From the NCBI RefSeq assembly GCF_003790525.1, contig NZ_CP033635.1: a DNA stretch of 64,000 bases. One strand, written 5' to 3'. Positions 35,336 through 52,536 of this stretch are shown in pieces. This DNA comes from Escherichia coli. Its GTDB lineage: Bacteria; Pseudomonadota; Gammaproteobacteria; Enterobacterales; Enterobacteriaceae. The stretch's first letter is position 1, and the number at the start of each line of letters is the position of its first letter. Under the pieces are notes generated by a model, which was not told the origin of the DNA, ran no database searches, and saw only the letters and a list, made by a program, of their open reading frames with translations. The position numbers and the translations under genes are program-made.

Positions 35336-35908
35336 TTAATATTGCGTAGGAGCTGGAACTGCCGAAGACGGATTCACCTGAGTTGGTGAAGTCGAAGGTA
35401 CGGTAGTCGTTGCGCCACCGCTGGCCTGAACCGGCACGGCGGTTTGCTGCACCGGCACCAATGTCAGGTCGGCTTTAGTTCCGCCCTGGTTGATCACCGG
35501 CTGAACGGTATCGGTAATAAATACCAGTTTGTCATTCACGGTAATCGCCGCACTCAACAGAATACGCGCATTCGGCTGAACATCTGCCGGGTTAAATGGC
35601 AGAACAAAGCTGAATGGTGACTGTTTACCTTCGGTACGCACCGCTTTCTGCGCCAGCACTTTTGACGGTGCATCGGCTAACGACGCGTCAGAAAGTGTCA
35701 CGGTCAGCACGGCATCAGGCGGCAGTGCGACTTTCTGACGGATCCAAACGGTACCGGAGACATTCGGTTGCTGGATAGCAGGTTGTTGTGTTGCTGAAAT
35801 AGACGTATTTGCAGCCGGTGCTGGCGTCTGAATATCCGCGCTTTTATCTGCGCAAGCCGCCAACGCAATCGCAACCGCTAAACCACTGGCCATGTGCACG
35901 AGTTTCAT
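35336..35908 (-). CDS. ybaY: Lipoprotein YbaY (190 aa)
   Basis: ORF track 190 aa; signal peptide with lipobox LAAC. Confidence 0.88.
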   Translation of the reverse strand: MKLVHMASGLAVAIALAACADKSADIQTPAPAANTSISATQQPAIQQPNVSGTVWIRQKVALPPDAVLTVTLSDASLADAPSKVLAQKAVRTEGKQSPFSFVLPFNPADVQPNARILLSAAITVNDKLVFITDTVQPVINQGGTKADLTLVPVQQTAVPVQASGGATTTVPSTSPTQVNPSSAVPAPTQY

Positions 35909-36125
35909 TCTCTTCTCCTTATTATCAATGCACCAGCGGGCTAACTTTCCTCGCCGGAAGAGTGGTTAACAAAATAGTAACGTCAACAAGTGTGGCACAC
36001 ATCACGCATTTCTGCCTGTAATTAGCCCGTAATTCAGACCATTGCACCCATCGGACCAGTGGCAAATTTGCGTTATACTCAACTCACTTTGGCTTGCTGC
36101 GGCAGCTTTGTTACTGGAGAGTTAT

Positions 36126-36986
36126 ATGAGTCAGGCGCTAAAAAATTTACTGACATTGTTAAATCTGGAAAAAATTGAGGAAGGACTCTTTCGCGGCCAG
36201 AGTGAAGATTTAGGTTTACGCCAGGTGTTTGGCGGCCAGGTCGTGGGTCAGGCCTTGTATGCTGCAAAAGAGACCGTCCCTGAAGAGCGGCTGGTACATT
36301 CGTTTCACAGCTACTTTCTTCGCCCAGGCGATAGTAAGAAACCGATTATTTATGATGTCGAAACGCTGCGTGACGGTAACAGCTTCAGCGCCCGCCGGGT
36401 TGCTGCTATTCAAAACGGCAAACCGATTTTTTATATGACGGCCTCTTTCCAGGCACCAGAAGCGGGTTTCGAACATCAAAAAACAATGCCGTCCGCGCCA
36501 GCGCCTGATGGCCTGCCTTCGGAAACGCAAATCGCCCAATCGCTGGCGCACCTGCTGCCGCCAGTGCTGAAAGATAAATTCATCTGCGATCGTCCGCTTG
36601 AAGTCCGTCCGGTGGAGTTTCATAACCCACTGAAAGGGCACGTCGCAGAACCGCATCGTCAGGTGTGGATCCGCGCAAATGGTAGCGTGCCGGATGATCT
36701 GCGCGTTCATCAGTATCTGCTCGGTTACGCTTCTGATCTTAACTTCCTGCCGGTAGCTCTACAGCCGCACGGCATCGGTTTTCTCGAACCAGGAATTCAG
36801 ATAGCGACCATCGACCATTCCATGTGGTTCCATCGCCCGTTTAATTTGAATGAATGGCTGCTGTATAGCGTGGAGAGCACCTCGGCGTCCAGCGCACGCG
36901 GCTTTGTGCGCGGTGAGTTTTATACTCAGGACGGCGTGCTGGTTGCCTCGACCGTTCAGGAAGGGGTAATGCGTAATCACAATTAA
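36126..36986 (+). CDS. tesB: Acyl-CoA thioesterase II TesB (286 aa)
   Basis: Track ORF 314 aa; start taken as [20 protein letters not shown] at ATG 36126. Confidence 0.93.
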
Positions 36987-37025
36987 AAAAATAGCCGGAG
37001 GTGAAAACCGTCCGGCTGTTTTTTG
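36985..37025. terminator. Bidirectional intrinsic terminator shared by convergent tesB and amtB
   Basis: A7 run, stem AGCCGGA/TCCGGCT with 11-nt loop, then T6 run, between the tesB stop and the amtB stop. Confidence 0.7.
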
Positions 37026-37034
37026 CAGTGCTTG

Positions 37035-38321
37035 TTACGCGTTATAGGCATTCTCGCCGTGGCTGTTGACGTCCAGCCCTTCTCGCTCCTGTTCTTCCGG
37101 TACACGCAGACCAACCGTCAGATCCGCCAGTTTGTAGCCAATAAACGCCACCACACCGGACCAGACGATCGTAATGGCGATGCTTTCCAGCTGTACCAGC
37201 AACTGATGGCCCATCGTCACACCTTCAGCGAAGCCCACGCCGCCCAGCGAGCTGGCGGCAAAAATCCCGGTCATGATACAGCCGACAATGCCACAAACGC
37301 CGTGCACACCGAAAACATCGCAGGGATCATCCACCCGCAGCAAACGTTTGAGCATGGTAACGCCCCACAAGCCCGCCAGACCAGCTACCACGCCGATAAT
37401 CAACGCGCCGCCAACCCCAATGTAGCCACAGGCTGGCGTCACGCCGACCAGACCGGCAATCGCGCCAGAACACGCTCCCAGCAGTGAAGGCTTACCGCGC
37501 AGCGCCCATTCACCGAAGATCCAGCCAAGAATTGCTGCCGCCGTTGCGACCACAGTATTCACAAATGCCAGTGCTGCGATTTCATTCGCCGTGCCCGCTG
37601 ACCCGGCGTTAAAGCCAAACCAACCGATATAGAGAATGGCAGTCCCGGTGAAGACCATCGGCAGGTTGTGCGGTTTAAACGCCTCTTTGCCGAAGCCCAC
37701 GCGTTTGCCTATCAGATACGCGCCCACCAGACCGGCGATTGCGGCGTTAATGTGCACCACCGTGCCACCCGCGAAATCCAGTGCACCGTGAGAAGCCAGC
37801 AAACCGCCGCCCCAGACCATATGCGCAATCGGAATGTAGGAGAGCGTCAGCCATACCACCACGAAAATCAACACAGCTGAGAAGCGGATTCGTTCCGCCA
37901 GTGCTCCAACTATCAAGCCTACGGTAATGCAGGCAAACGATCCCTGAAACGCTACGTGGATATACTGATAAATGCTGCCCATCACCGCCGTCAGTTCGAT
38001 GTTTTTCAGCATCAACCAGTTAATGTTGCCGAAGAAGTTGTTTCCCTCACCAAACGCCAGCGAGTAACCGTAAACCACCCAGAGAATACAGACCAGTGCA
38101 AACGTCACCGTCACCTGCGTCAGCATCGACAGCACGTTTTTGCCGCGAATCAACCCACCGTAAAACAGGGCAATCCCCGGAATAGTCATAAACAGCACCA
38201 GCGCAGTACAAATCATCATAAACGCATTGTCGGCTTTATCGGCCACCGCAGGTGCAGCCATTACCAGTCCCGGCAGCATCGCCAGTGAAGCAAGCCCAGT
38301 TTTTATCGTCGCTATCTTCAT
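37035..38321 (-). CDS. amtB: Ammonium transporter AmtB (428 aa)
   Basis: ORF track 428 aa; signal peptide plus 11-TM Amt/MEP family sequence. Confidence 0.97.
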   Translation of the reverse strand: MKIATIKTGLASLAMLPGLVMAAPAVADKADNAFMMICTALVLFMTIPGIALFYGGLIRGKNVLSMLTQVTVTFALVCILWVVYGYSLAFGEGNNFFGNINWLMLKNIELTAVMGSIYQYIHVAFQGSFACITVGLIVGALAERIRFSAVLIFVVVWLTLSYIPIAHMVWGGGLLASHGALDFAGGTVVHINAAIAGLVGAYLIGKRVGFGKEAFKPHNLPMVFTGTAILYIGWFGFNAGSAGTANEIAALAFVNTVVATAAAILGWIFGEWALRGKPSLLGACSGAIAGLVGVTPACGYIGVGGALIIGVVAGLAGLWGVTMLKRLLRVDDPCDVFGVHGVCGIVGCIMTGIFAASSLGGVGFAEGVTMGHQLLVQLESIAITIVWSGVVAFIGYKLADLTVGLRVPEEQEREGLDVNSHGENAYNA

Positions 38322-38350
38322 TTTTCGTTCCTGTTGCTGTGTGCCAGAGA

Positions 38351-38689
38351 TTACAGCGCCGCTTCGTCGGCTTCGCCGGTACGAATACGAATGACGCGTT
38401 GCAATTCAGCGACGAAGATTTTGCCGTCGCCAATTTTTCCGGTGTAAGCCGCCTTACTGACGATATCAATCACTTCATCGAGTTGGTCATCAGCAATCGC
38501 CACATCAATTTTTACTTTTGGCAGGAAGTTGACGCTGTATTCCGCCCCCCGGTACAGCTCGGCATGCCCTTTCTGACGCCCGAAACCTTTCACTTCGGTG
38601 ACGGTCAGGCCCTGAATACCAATGGAAGATAACGCTTCACGAACGTCTTCCAGCTTGAATGGTTTGATTATCACGGTCACCAGCTTCAT
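38351..38689 (-). CDS. glnK: Nitrogen regulatory protein PII-2 GlnK (112 aa)
   Basis: Track ORF 158 aa; start taken as MKLVTVIIKPFKLEDVREAL (ATG 38687-38689, GGAGG SD); T-loop RGAEY. Confidence 0.95.
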   Translation of the reverse strand: MKLVTVIIKPFKLEDVREALSSIGIQGLTVTEVKGFGRQKGHAELYRGAEYSVNFLPKVKIDVAIADDQLDEVIDIVSKAAYTGKIGDGKIFVAELQRVIRIRTGEADEAAL

Positions 38690-38740
38690 AGATCCCCTCC
38701 GGTCAGAATTCGGTAATGGTTCTGCTACACGAAGAAGGTA

Positions 38741-38757
38741 TTGCAAGCGGTGTGCCA
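38741..38757 (-). promoter_or_regulatory. sigma54 (-24/-12) promoter of glnK-amtB
   Basis: Transcribed strand reads TGGCAC-ACCGC-TTGCA, a perfect sigma54 consensus about 50 nt upstream of the glnK ATG. Confidence 0.8.
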
Positions 38758-38804
38758 GAAATGAAAAACGAGAAAGAGAGCAGGAAGTTAAGAAGATTGA
38801 AAAT

Positions 38805-38860
38805 GAAAACGCACTATGACAGTGCACAGTGCGTTACATTATTGCACCAACGATGAAATA
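38805..38860 (-). promoter_or_regulatory. Putative NtrC enhancer sites upstream of the glnK sigma54 promoter
   Basis: Palindromic GCACTATGACAGTGC (38811-38825) and TTGCACCAACG half-site-like sequence 55-100 bp upstream of the -24/-12 element. Confidence 0.45.
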
Positions 38861-38869
38861 TTGCGCTAT

Positions 38870-42416
<3,547 letters not shown>

Positions 42417-42445
42417 GCGTTGTGTCCTGACCTGATTCTGGATAT

Positions 42446-42904
42446 TTATTCGATGGGTAAAGAAGTGGTGTATTTAATCTGTTCCATCGCGAAGCTGGAA
42501 GTGACGTCCGACAGCCCCGGCACGCTGTTTACCAGACGCTTATAAAACTCGTCGTAGCGTTTCATGTCGGCAACCTGGACGCGCATCAGATAATCGTATT
42601 CACCGGCCATGCGCCAGAACCCCAGCACTTCTGGCATTTCGGTAACCACCGTGACAAAGCGGCAATACCATTCGCTGCTGTGATGTTGCGTTTTTATCAG
42701 CACAAAGGCGGTCAGGCCGAGGCCTATTTTTTCCGGATCCAGCAGGGCGACTTTGCCGATAAGGATACCGTCGTCCTCCAGCCGTTTCAGACGCTTCCAG
42801 CAGGGGGTGGTTGTCAGATTAACGGCTTCAGCCAGTGCCTGCAAAGAGAGGGTGCAATCCTGCTGTAGCAAGGCCAGCAGCTTACGGTCAATTTTATCTA
42901 ACAT
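42446..42904 (-). CDS. decR: Lrp/AsnC-family transcriptional regulator DecR (YbaO), 152 aa
   Basis: Track ORF 228 aa; start taken as [31 protein letters not shown] (AsnC HTH), ATG at 42902-42904. Confidence 0.88.
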
Positions 42905-43056
42905 AGCCCTTCCACAGAGAATTTTTTTCTCTTTTAATTCTATTTTAAAGGTGAAATCGCGACAATTTATTCTGTGCGGTTTAAGCACCACGGCACAAAA
43001 TGACAAATTCAACGCAAAAAAAACCGGGCAATTGCCCGGTGCTGGAAGGGATCTCG

Positions 43057-43875
43057 TTATTCGGGGGAATAAGGTAGATGTGGATAGTCCAGCCAGTGCG
43101 TCAAATAGTGAGAGACAGCCTGATTTCGGCAATGTCCAATCACCGGTAAATGCGGGAGCTCCGCGCGCAGTTGCGGCATCGCATTGCCCATAATAAATCC
43201 GCTACCGACACTGCCTAACATTTCGCGATCGTTCATCGCATCACCAAAGGCCATGCAATCGCGTAACGATAAACCTAAATGTTGGGTCAGCACCGTCAAT
43301 GCAGCGCCTTTATTGCAGCCCACCGGCAGCACTTCGAGGCAATCCGTGGCGGAAAAACATAAATGTGCACGCTCGCCTAATGCTTCGTATAGCTGGATCT
43401 GCAAGCGTGTAAGATCGTCGTGATCGCCACAGAAGCAGATCTTGGTGACGCTGCCGAGTGGCATTTTTTTGACATCGATTATCTGATAACGAAAACCGCT
43501 ATAGACAAATGCCTGCAACAACGCAGGGATCTCTTTCCCGGTAAACCAACCGTCGTCATTGAAGATATGCATGCTGGCTCGGGTATCCCATTGCTGATAC
43601 AGCACCAGCTCCGCGACATCCGCAGGTAAATCATCACGATGTAAAAGTTCACCTTCCAGAGAATGCACGCGCGTTCCGTTGCCAGTAATCAAATATGCAT
43701 CCAGCGATAGCGCCCCGAGAATATGCTGCATCTCCAGCGCATGACGCCCCGTGGCAAAAGTGAGGGTAATGTCGCGTTCACGCAGCCGCGCCAAAGTAGA
43801 GAGGGTTTTCTCACCTAAATGATGGTCAGGCATCAATAAAGTGCCATCCATATCAAATGCTGCCAGACGAGCCAT
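43057..43875 (-). CDS. cof: HMP-PP phosphatase Cof (HAD superfamily), 272 aa
   Basis: Track ORF 276 aa; start taken as [14 protein letters not shown] (HAD motif I DxDGT). Confidence 0.9.
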
Positions 43876-43974
43876 TTCTTTCTCCACTCTGTGACACGGT
43901 TAATTGTGATTGAGTATCACCTGATATATACGGAAGTAATAGTGAATAGTTAAATAATATTGTTCCGGGTTTAT

Positions 43975-45675
43975 ATGCGACTGCTCAACCGTCTTAACCA
44001 GTATCAACGTCTGTGGCAACCTTCCGCCGGAAAGCCGCAAACCGTCACCGTCAGCGAACTGGCCGAACGCTGTTTTTGCAGCGAACGCCATGTTCGTACG
44101 CTGTTGCGTCAGGCACAGGAGGCGGGATGGCTGGAGTGGCAGGCGCAGTCAGGACGCGGAAAGCGCGGACAATTACGCTTTCTGGTCACGCCAGAATCGC
44201 TACGCAATGCGATGATGGAACAGGCGCTGGAAACCGGAAAGCAGCAAGATGTGCTGGAGCTGGCGCAACTGGCCCCAGGTGAGCTGCGCACTCTGTTACA
44301 GCCGTTTATGGGCGGACAATGGCAAAACGATACGCCCACGTTGCGTATTCCCTACTATCGCCCGCTCGAACCGCTACAACCGGGCTTTTTGCCCGGCCGT
44401 GCCGAGCAGCATCTGGCCGGGCAGATATTTTCCGGCCTGACCCGCTTCGATAATAATACCCAGCGCCCGATTGGCGATTTAGCGCATCACTGGGAAACCT
44501 CTACTGACGGGTTACGCTGGGATTTTTATCTTCGCTCAACCTTACACTGGCATAACGGCGATGCAGTAAAAGCCTCCCACTTACACCAGCGGTTATTGAT
44601 GCTGTTACAACTGCCAGCACTGGATCAATTATTTATTAGCGTGAAGCGTATTGAAGTCACCCATCCGCAGTGTCTGACCTTCTTTTTACATCGCCCCGAT
44701 TACTGGCTTGCGCACCGGCTGGCGAGCTATTGCAGCCATCTGGCGCATCCGCAATTCCCCCTGATCGGCACGGGTCCTTTTCGCTTAACACAATTCACAG
44801 CGGAACTGGTGCGCCTGGAAAGCCATGATTATTACCATTTACGTCATCCGCTGCTTAAAGCGGTTGAGTACTGGATAACTCCGCCGCTTTTCGAAAAAGA
44901 TTTGGGAACCAGTTGTCGGCATCCCGTGCAAATCACCATCGGCAAACCGGAGGAGCTGCAACGGGTCAGCCAGGTCAGTAGTGGCATCAGTTTAGGTTTT
45001 TGCTATTTAACGTTGCGCAAAAGTCCCCGACTGTCCCTCTGGCAGGCGCGAAAAGTGATCTCCATTATTCATCAATCCGGTTTATTACAAACGTTAGAAG
45101 TCGGAGAAAACCTGATCACCGCCAGTCATGCATTACTGCCAGGCTGGACTATTCCGCAATGGCAAGTACCGGATGAGGTCAAACTACCGAAAACCTTGAC
45201 GCTGGTTTATCACCTACCGATAGAACTTCATACCATGGCAGAACGTCTACAGGCGACACTGGCAGCGGAAGGCTGTGAACTCACAATTATTTTTCATAAC
45301 GCAAAAAACTGGGACGACACGACCCTACTGGCACACGCAGACCTCATGATGGGCGACAGATTAATTGGCGAAGCACCGGAATATACCCTGGAGCAATGGC
45401 TGCGTTGCGATCCACTGTGGCCACATGTTTTCGACGCTCCAGCATATGCACATTTGCAATCGACACTGGACGCGGTGCAAGTAATGCCTGATGAGGAAAA
45501 CCGATTTAATGCCCTGAAAGCGGTTTTTAGCCAGTTAATGGCAGACGCGACGCTGACGCCGCTATTCAACTATCACTATCGCATTAGTGCCCCTCCCGGC
45601 GTGAACGGTGTGCGACTGACACCGCGCGGCTGGTTTGAATTTACCGAAGCCTGGCTTCCCGCGCCGTCGCAATGA
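43975..45675 (+). CDS. ybaE: Solute-binding-protein-like protein YbaE (566 aa)
   Basis: Track ORF 571 aa; start taken at ATG 43975 (MRLLNRLNQYQ). Confidence 0.85.
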   Translation: MRLLNRLNQYQRLWQPSAGKPQTVTVSELAERCFCSERHVRTLLRQAQEAGWLEWQAQSGRGKRGQLRFLVTPESLRNAMMEQALETGKQQDVLELAQLAPGELRTLLQPFMGGQWQNDTPTLRIPYYRPLEPLQPGFLPGRAEQHLAGQIFSGLTRFDNNTQRPIGDLAHHWETSTDGLRWDFYLRSTLHWHNGDAVKASHLHQRLLMLLQLPALDQLFISVKRIEVTHPQCLTFFLHRPDYWLAHRLASYCSHLAHPQFPLIGTGPFRLTQFTAELVRLESHDYYHLRHPLLKAVEYWITPPLFEKDLGTSCRHPVQITIGKPEELQRVSQVSSGISLGFCYLTLRKSPRLSLWQARKVISIIHQSGLLQTLEVGENLITASHALLPGWTIPQWQVPDEVKLPKTLTLVYHLPIELHTMAERLQATLAAEGCELTIIFHNAKNWDDTTLLAHADLMMGDRLIGEAPEYTLEQWLRCDPLWPHVFDAPAYAHLQSTLDAVQVMPDEENRFNALKAVFSQLMADATLTPLFNYHYRISAPPGVNGVRLTPRGWFEFTEAWLPAPSQ

Positions 45676-45739
45676 ATAGCTGGTCCGGGTTAATCGCAGG
45701 CGTTACCATAACGCTTTTATTGTTCAAGCAGGATTATCT

Positions 45740-46435
45740 ATGAAACGTGCTGTCGTTGTGTTCAGTGGAGGCCAGGATTCCACCACCTGTCTGGTGCAGG
45801 CATTACAACAATATGATGAAGTCCATTGCGTGACGTTCGATTACGGTCAGCGACATCGCGCAGAAATCGACGTGGCACGCGAACTGGCGCTGAAACTGGG
45901 GGCACGCGCGCATAAGGTTCTTGATGTAACGCTGCTCAACGAGCTGGCGGTCAGCAGCCTGACGCGTGACAGCATTCCAGTGCCTGATTATGAACCTGAA
46001 GCTGATGGCATCCCGAATACGTTTGTCCCTGGGCGTAATATTTTGTTCCTGACACTGGCGGCAATATATGCGTATCAGGTAAAAGCAGAAGCGGTGATTA
46101 CCGGCGTCTGCGAAACGGATTTCTCCGGCTACCCGGATTGCCGCGATGAGTTTGTGAAAGCACTAAACCATGCCGTCAGTTTAGGCATGGCGAAAGATAT
46201 TCGTTTTGAAACGCCGCTGATGTGGATTGATAAAGCGGAAACCTGGGCGCTGGCAGATTATTACGGCAAGCTGGATTTAGTCCGTAACGAAACGCTGACC
46301 TGCTATAACGGCATTAAAGGCGACGGTTGCGGTCATTGTGCGGCATGTAATTTACGCGCCAACGGTTTGAATCATTATCTGGCCGATAAACCGACGGTGA
46401 TGGCAGCGATGAAGCAGAAAACCGGGTTGAATTAA
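45740..46435 (+). CDS. queC: 7-cyano-7-deazaguanine synthase QueC (231 aa)
   Basis: ORF track 231 aa; PP-loop SGGQDS and C-terminal zinc-binding cysteines (CxxC...C). Confidence 0.95.
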
Positions 46436-46449
46436 TTATTCCGGGTGTC

Positions 46450-46474
46450 GCCGGATGCGGCTTGAGCATCCGGC
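46450..46474. terminator. Hairpin between convergent queC and fadM (putative bidirectional terminator, REP-like)
   Basis: 9-bp perfect stem GCCGGATGC/GCATCCGGC with 7-nt loop; no clear U tract. Confidence 0.4.
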
Positions 46475-46486
46475 ACCACAAAACGT

Positions 46487-46885
46487 TTACTTAACCATCT
46501 GCTCCAGCTTTTCGCGCAATTCCCCTTCCAGAGCTAATGCTTTCTGCGTTTTAAGATCAATACAAACAAACGTAATAAGCGCATCCGCTACTACCTGCCC
46601 TTCCGGCTCCAGTGTAATGACCTGGCTTAAGATGCCACTTTTACCGTTTAATTGCTGCAACTGACTGGTAATAGTTAACAGGTCGCTTAATACCGCCGGG
46701 CGACGATAGTTAATATTGATATTGACCACGACGAAGGCGATGTTATGGGCCGTCATCCACTGAAAACTGTCGCTATTTTCCAACCCATCCCAGCGGGCTT
46801 CTTCGAGAAATTCAAGGTAGCGGGCGTTGTTTACGTGCTGGTAAACGTCGAGATGATATCCACGAACTTTGATTTGTGTTTGCAT
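46487..46885 (-). CDS. fadM: Long-chain acyl-CoA thioesterase FadM (YbaW), 132 aa
   Basis: ORF track 132 aa; hotdog-fold thioesterase sequence. Confidence 0.9.
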   Translation of the reverse strand: MQTQIKVRGYHLDVYQHVNNARYLEFLEEARWDGLENSDSFQWMTAHNIAFVVVNININYRRPAVLSDLLTITSQLQQLNGKSGILSQVITLEPEGQVVADALITFVCIDLKTQKALALEGELREKLEQMVK

Positions 46886-46938
46886 AGCGCAATAACCTTA
46901 CGTTGTTTTTATAAAAACTGTTATAAGTACAGAGGTCA

Positions 46939-49384
<2,446 letters not shown>

Positions 49385-49575
49385 GGTGTAACAACACTCC
49401 GCTGTAGATGACTGTGTACCTCACGCAACGTATCGATGCGCGCAAAGGCCTATTGTGACAAGAAACGGGGGCAATTGTCAGCCCACAAGACGCAGAAAGT
49501 CACCGATTACAAATAAAAAAGGCACATCAGTAGATGCGCCCTTGAACTTCGTCACATCCCCACTGGGGACAACGC

Positions 49576-49848
49576 TTAGTTTACCGCGTCTTTCAGTGCT
49601 TTACCTGCACGGAAGCTCGGTACTTTAGCGGCAGCGATGGTGATCTCTTTACCGGTCTGCGGGTTGCGGCCAGTACGGGCAGCACGCTCTTTAACGGCAA
49701 AAGTACCAAAACCTACCAGTGCTACATCATCCCCTTCTTTCAGAGATTCAGTTACGGAAGCAATAATAGCATCTAACGCACGGCCAGCCGCAGCTTTAGA
49801 GATATCAGCCCCTGCAGCAATCTTGTCGATCAATTGAGATTTATTCAC
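49576..49848 (-). CDS. hupB: DNA-binding protein HU-beta (90 aa)
   Basis: ORF track 90 aa; [38 protein letters not shown] family sequence. Confidence 0.97.
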
Positions 49849-49987
49849 TCTTCTCTTCCTCTTTATAATTTATATCGCACTTGAATCCTTCAAGGTACGA
49901 ACGCGCAGCAGTTATATCAGGCCAGCCATCCCCTTACAACACCCCTTAATAAGGGCAAGCCCAATCCGCCATCTAACTTAGCGAGAC

Positions 49988-50032
49988 AAAAAAAGGCTGG
50001 CAAGTCCGAATTAGCCTGCCAGCCCTGTTTTT
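49988..50032 (-). terminator. Intrinsic terminator of lon
   Basis: GGCTGGCA...TGCCAGCC stem about 30 nt after the lon stop, flanked by an A7 run (U tract on the lon transcript) and a T6 run. Confidence 0.7.
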
Positions 50033-50056
50033 ATTAGTGCATTTTGCGCGAGGTCA

Positions 50057-52411
50057 CTATTTTGCAGTCACAACCTGCATGCCAGACGGTTCATTTTGCA
50101 GCGCCAGAGTCAGAACTTCCTCAATGCGTTTCACAGGATGAATATCCAGATCGGCAATTACGTTGTCAGGAATCTCTTCCAGATCGCGTTTATTTTCGAA
50201 CGGAATTAACACTGTTTTAATCCCGCCGCGATGCGCTGCCAGTAGTTTTTCTTTCAAACCACCGATAGGCAGTACCTGACCACGCAGAGTGATCTCACCG
50301 GTCATTGCCACATCGGCACGAACCGGGTTACCGGTCAGGCAAGAAACCAGCGCGGTGCACATAGCAATACCGGCACTCGGACCATCTTTCGGCGTCGCAC
50401 CTTCCGGTACGTGGACGTGGATGTCGCGTTTTTCATAAAAATCAGGGTTGATCCCCAGTTTTTCCGCACGCGCACGAACCACCGTTAACGCCGCCTGAAT
50501 GGACTCCTGCATCACTTCGCCAAGCGATCCGGTATAGGTCAGTTTGCCTTTACCCGGAACGCACGCGGTTTCAATGGTCAGCAAGTCACCGCCCACTTCC
50601 GTCCACGCCAGACCAGTTACCTGACCGACACGGTTTTCGTTATCCGCGCGACCATAGTCGAAACGCTGAACACCGAGATAGTCATGCAGGTTATCGCCGT
50701 TAATTTCGATATGTTTTAATGACTTATCGAGCAGTAACTGCTTAACCGCTTTGCGACACAGTTTGGAGATTTCACGCTCCAGACCACGCACGCCCGCCTC
50801 ACGGGTGTAGTAACGAATAATGCCGATAATGGCGCTATCGTCGACGGTCAGCTCACCTTTTTTCAGTGCATTACGTTCAATCTGCTTCGGCAGCAGGTGA
50901 CGTTTGGCGATGTTCAGTTTTTCATCTTCGGTATAACCGGAGAGGCGAATCACTTCCATACGATCCAGCAGCGGTGCCGGAATGTTCATGGAGTTCGACG
51001 TCGCGACAAACATCACGTCGCTAAGGTCGTAATCCACTTCCAGGTAGTGGTCGCTGAACGCTACGTTCTGCTCTGGATCCAGCACTTCAAGCAGTGCGGA
51101 AGCCGGATCGCCTCGCATGTCAGAAGACATTTTGTCGATCTCATCGAGCAGGAACAGCGGGTTTTTCACGCCCACTTTCGCCATTTTCTGGATCAGTTTA
51201 CCCGGCATAGAACCGATGTAAGTACGGCGGTGACCACGGATTTCCGCTTCATCACGCACGCCGCCCAGCGCCATACGGACATATTTACGCCCGGTGGCTT
51301 TGGCGATGGACTGCCCCAGGGACGTTTTACCTACCCCCGGTGGCCCTACCAGGCAGAGGATCGGTCCCTTGATTTTGTTGACACGGCTTTGAACCGCAAG
51401 ATACTCAAGGATGCGATCTTTCACGCGCTCCAGACCATAATGGTCGGTATCAAGGATTTCCTGCGCCTGACGCAGGTCTTTTTTGACCTTGCTACGCGCA
51501 TTCCACGGTACCTGTACCATCCAGTCGATATAACCACGCACTACGGTCGCTTCTGCCGACATCGGAGACATCATTTTCAGCTTCTGCAACTCTGCTTCCG
51601 CTTTCTCTTTTGCCTCTTTCGGCATTTTCGCCGCGTCGATTTTGCGCTTCAGGGCTTCGTTTTCGTCCGGCGCGTCGTCCATTTCACCGAGTTCTTTCTG
51701 AATAGCTTTCATTTGCTCGTTCAGATAGTACTCACGCTGGGATTTCTCCATCTGCTTTTTAACACGGTTGCGAATGCGTTTCTCAACCTGCAGCAGATCG
51801 ATTTCCGATTCCATCATTGCCATCAGATATTCCAGACGTTCGTTAACGTCGGACATCTCCAGAACGGACTGTTTGTCAGCCAGTTTCAGCGGCATATGTG
51901 CAGCAATGGTATCCGCCAGACGCGCCGGATCGTCGATGCTATTCAGCGACGTCAGCACTTCTGGTGGAATTTTTTTGTTCAGCTTGATGTAGCCTTCGAA
52001 CTGGCTGATTGCAGTACGCACCAGCACTTCCTGTTCCCGCTCATCAATGGTCGGCGACTCCAGATACTCCGCCTTCGCAGAAAAGTGTTCGCCATTGTCA
52101 GAGAGCGCAGAAATACGCGCGCGCTGTAACCCCTCGACCAGCACTTTGACGGTGCCGTCAGGCAGTTTCAGCATCTGCAATATAGAGGCCACGGTCCCGA
52201 CGGTGAAAAGATCGTTTACACCCGGCTCATCCGTTGAAGCTTCTTTCTGCGCGACCAGCATAATTTTTTTATCATGGTCCATCGCCGCTTCCAGACAACG
52301 GATAGATTTTTCCCGCCCGACAAATAAGGGGATGACCATGTGCGGATAAACCACCACATCGCGCAGCGGCAATACGGGGATTTCAATGCGTTCAGAACGC
52401 TCAGGATTCAT
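50057..52411 (-). CDS. lon: ATP-dependent protease Lon (784 aa)
   Basis: Track ORF 799 aa; start taken as [23 protein letters not shown] (ATG 52409-52411); Walker [10 protein letters not shown]; protease active site DGPSAG. Confidence 0.97.
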   Translation of the reverse strand: MNPERSERIEIPVLPLRDVVVYPHMVIPLFVGREKSIRCLEAAMDHDKKIMLVAQKEASTDEPGVNDLFTVGTVASILQMLKLPDGTVKVLVEGLQRARISALSDNGEHFSAKAEYLESPTIDEREQEVLVRTAISQFEGYIKLNKKIPPEVLTSLNSIDDPARLADTIAAHMPLKLADKQSVLEMSDVNERLEYLMAMMESEIDLLQVEKRIRNRVKKQMEKSQREYYLNEQMKAIQKELGEMDDAPDENEALKRKIDAAKMPKEAKEKAEAELQKLKMMSPMSAEATVVRGYIDWMVQVPWNARSKVKKDLRQAQEILDTDHYGLERVKDRILEYLAVQSRVNKIKGPILCLVGPPGVGKTSLGQSIAKATGRKYVRMALGGVRDEAEIRGHRRTYIGSMPGKLIQKMAKVGVKNPLFLLDEIDKMSSDMRGDPASALLEVLDPEQNVAFSDHYLEVDYDLSDVMFVATSNSMNIPAPLLDRMEVIRLSGYTEDEKLNIAKRHLLPKQIERNALKKGELTVDDSAIIGIIRYYTREAGVRGLEREISKLCRKAVKQLLLDKSLKHIEINGDNLHDYLGVQRFDYGRADNENRVGQVTGLAWTEVGGDLLTIETACVPGKGKLTYTGSLGEVMQESIQAALTVVRARAEKLGINPDFYEKRDIHVHVPEGATPKDGPSAGIAMCTALVSCLTGNPVRADVAMTGEITLRGQVLPIGGLKEKLLAAHRGGIKTVLIPFENKRDLEEIPDNVIADLDIHPVKRIEEVLTLALQNEPSGMQVVTAK

Positions 52412-52493
52412 AGAGCTCTCTCTTAGTTTAATTTCCGCCAGGTAATCAGATGACACGACTGTGCTTCACGCCATCTATTAACATGTACGTCAG

Positions 52494-52524
52494 TATATGG
52501 GGATGTTTCCCCCACATTCAACGC
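52494..52524 (-). promoter_or_regulatory. sigma32 heat-shock promoter of lon
   Basis: Transcribed strand reads GTTGAAT-N13-CCCCATAT about 75 nt upstream of the lon ATG. Confidence 0.65.
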
Positions 52525-52536
52525 CGAGAATAGAGG

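Noticed and set aside
42446-43132. 228-aa extended frame for ybaO overlapping the cof 3' end; similar upstream extensions for adk, glnK, mdlB, tesB, bolA, apt and lon in the ORF track
   Set aside because: The longest-ORF calls over-extend upstream; internal ATGs with SD sequences and known N-termini give the real starts, so the apparent gene overlaps are artefacts.
50897-52129. 410-aa ORF antisense to lon (and a similar 453-aa frame at 61351-62712 antisense to cyoB)
   Set aside because: Antisense shadow frames inside well-supported genes; compositionally implausible (His/Arg/Phe-rich) and without translation signals.
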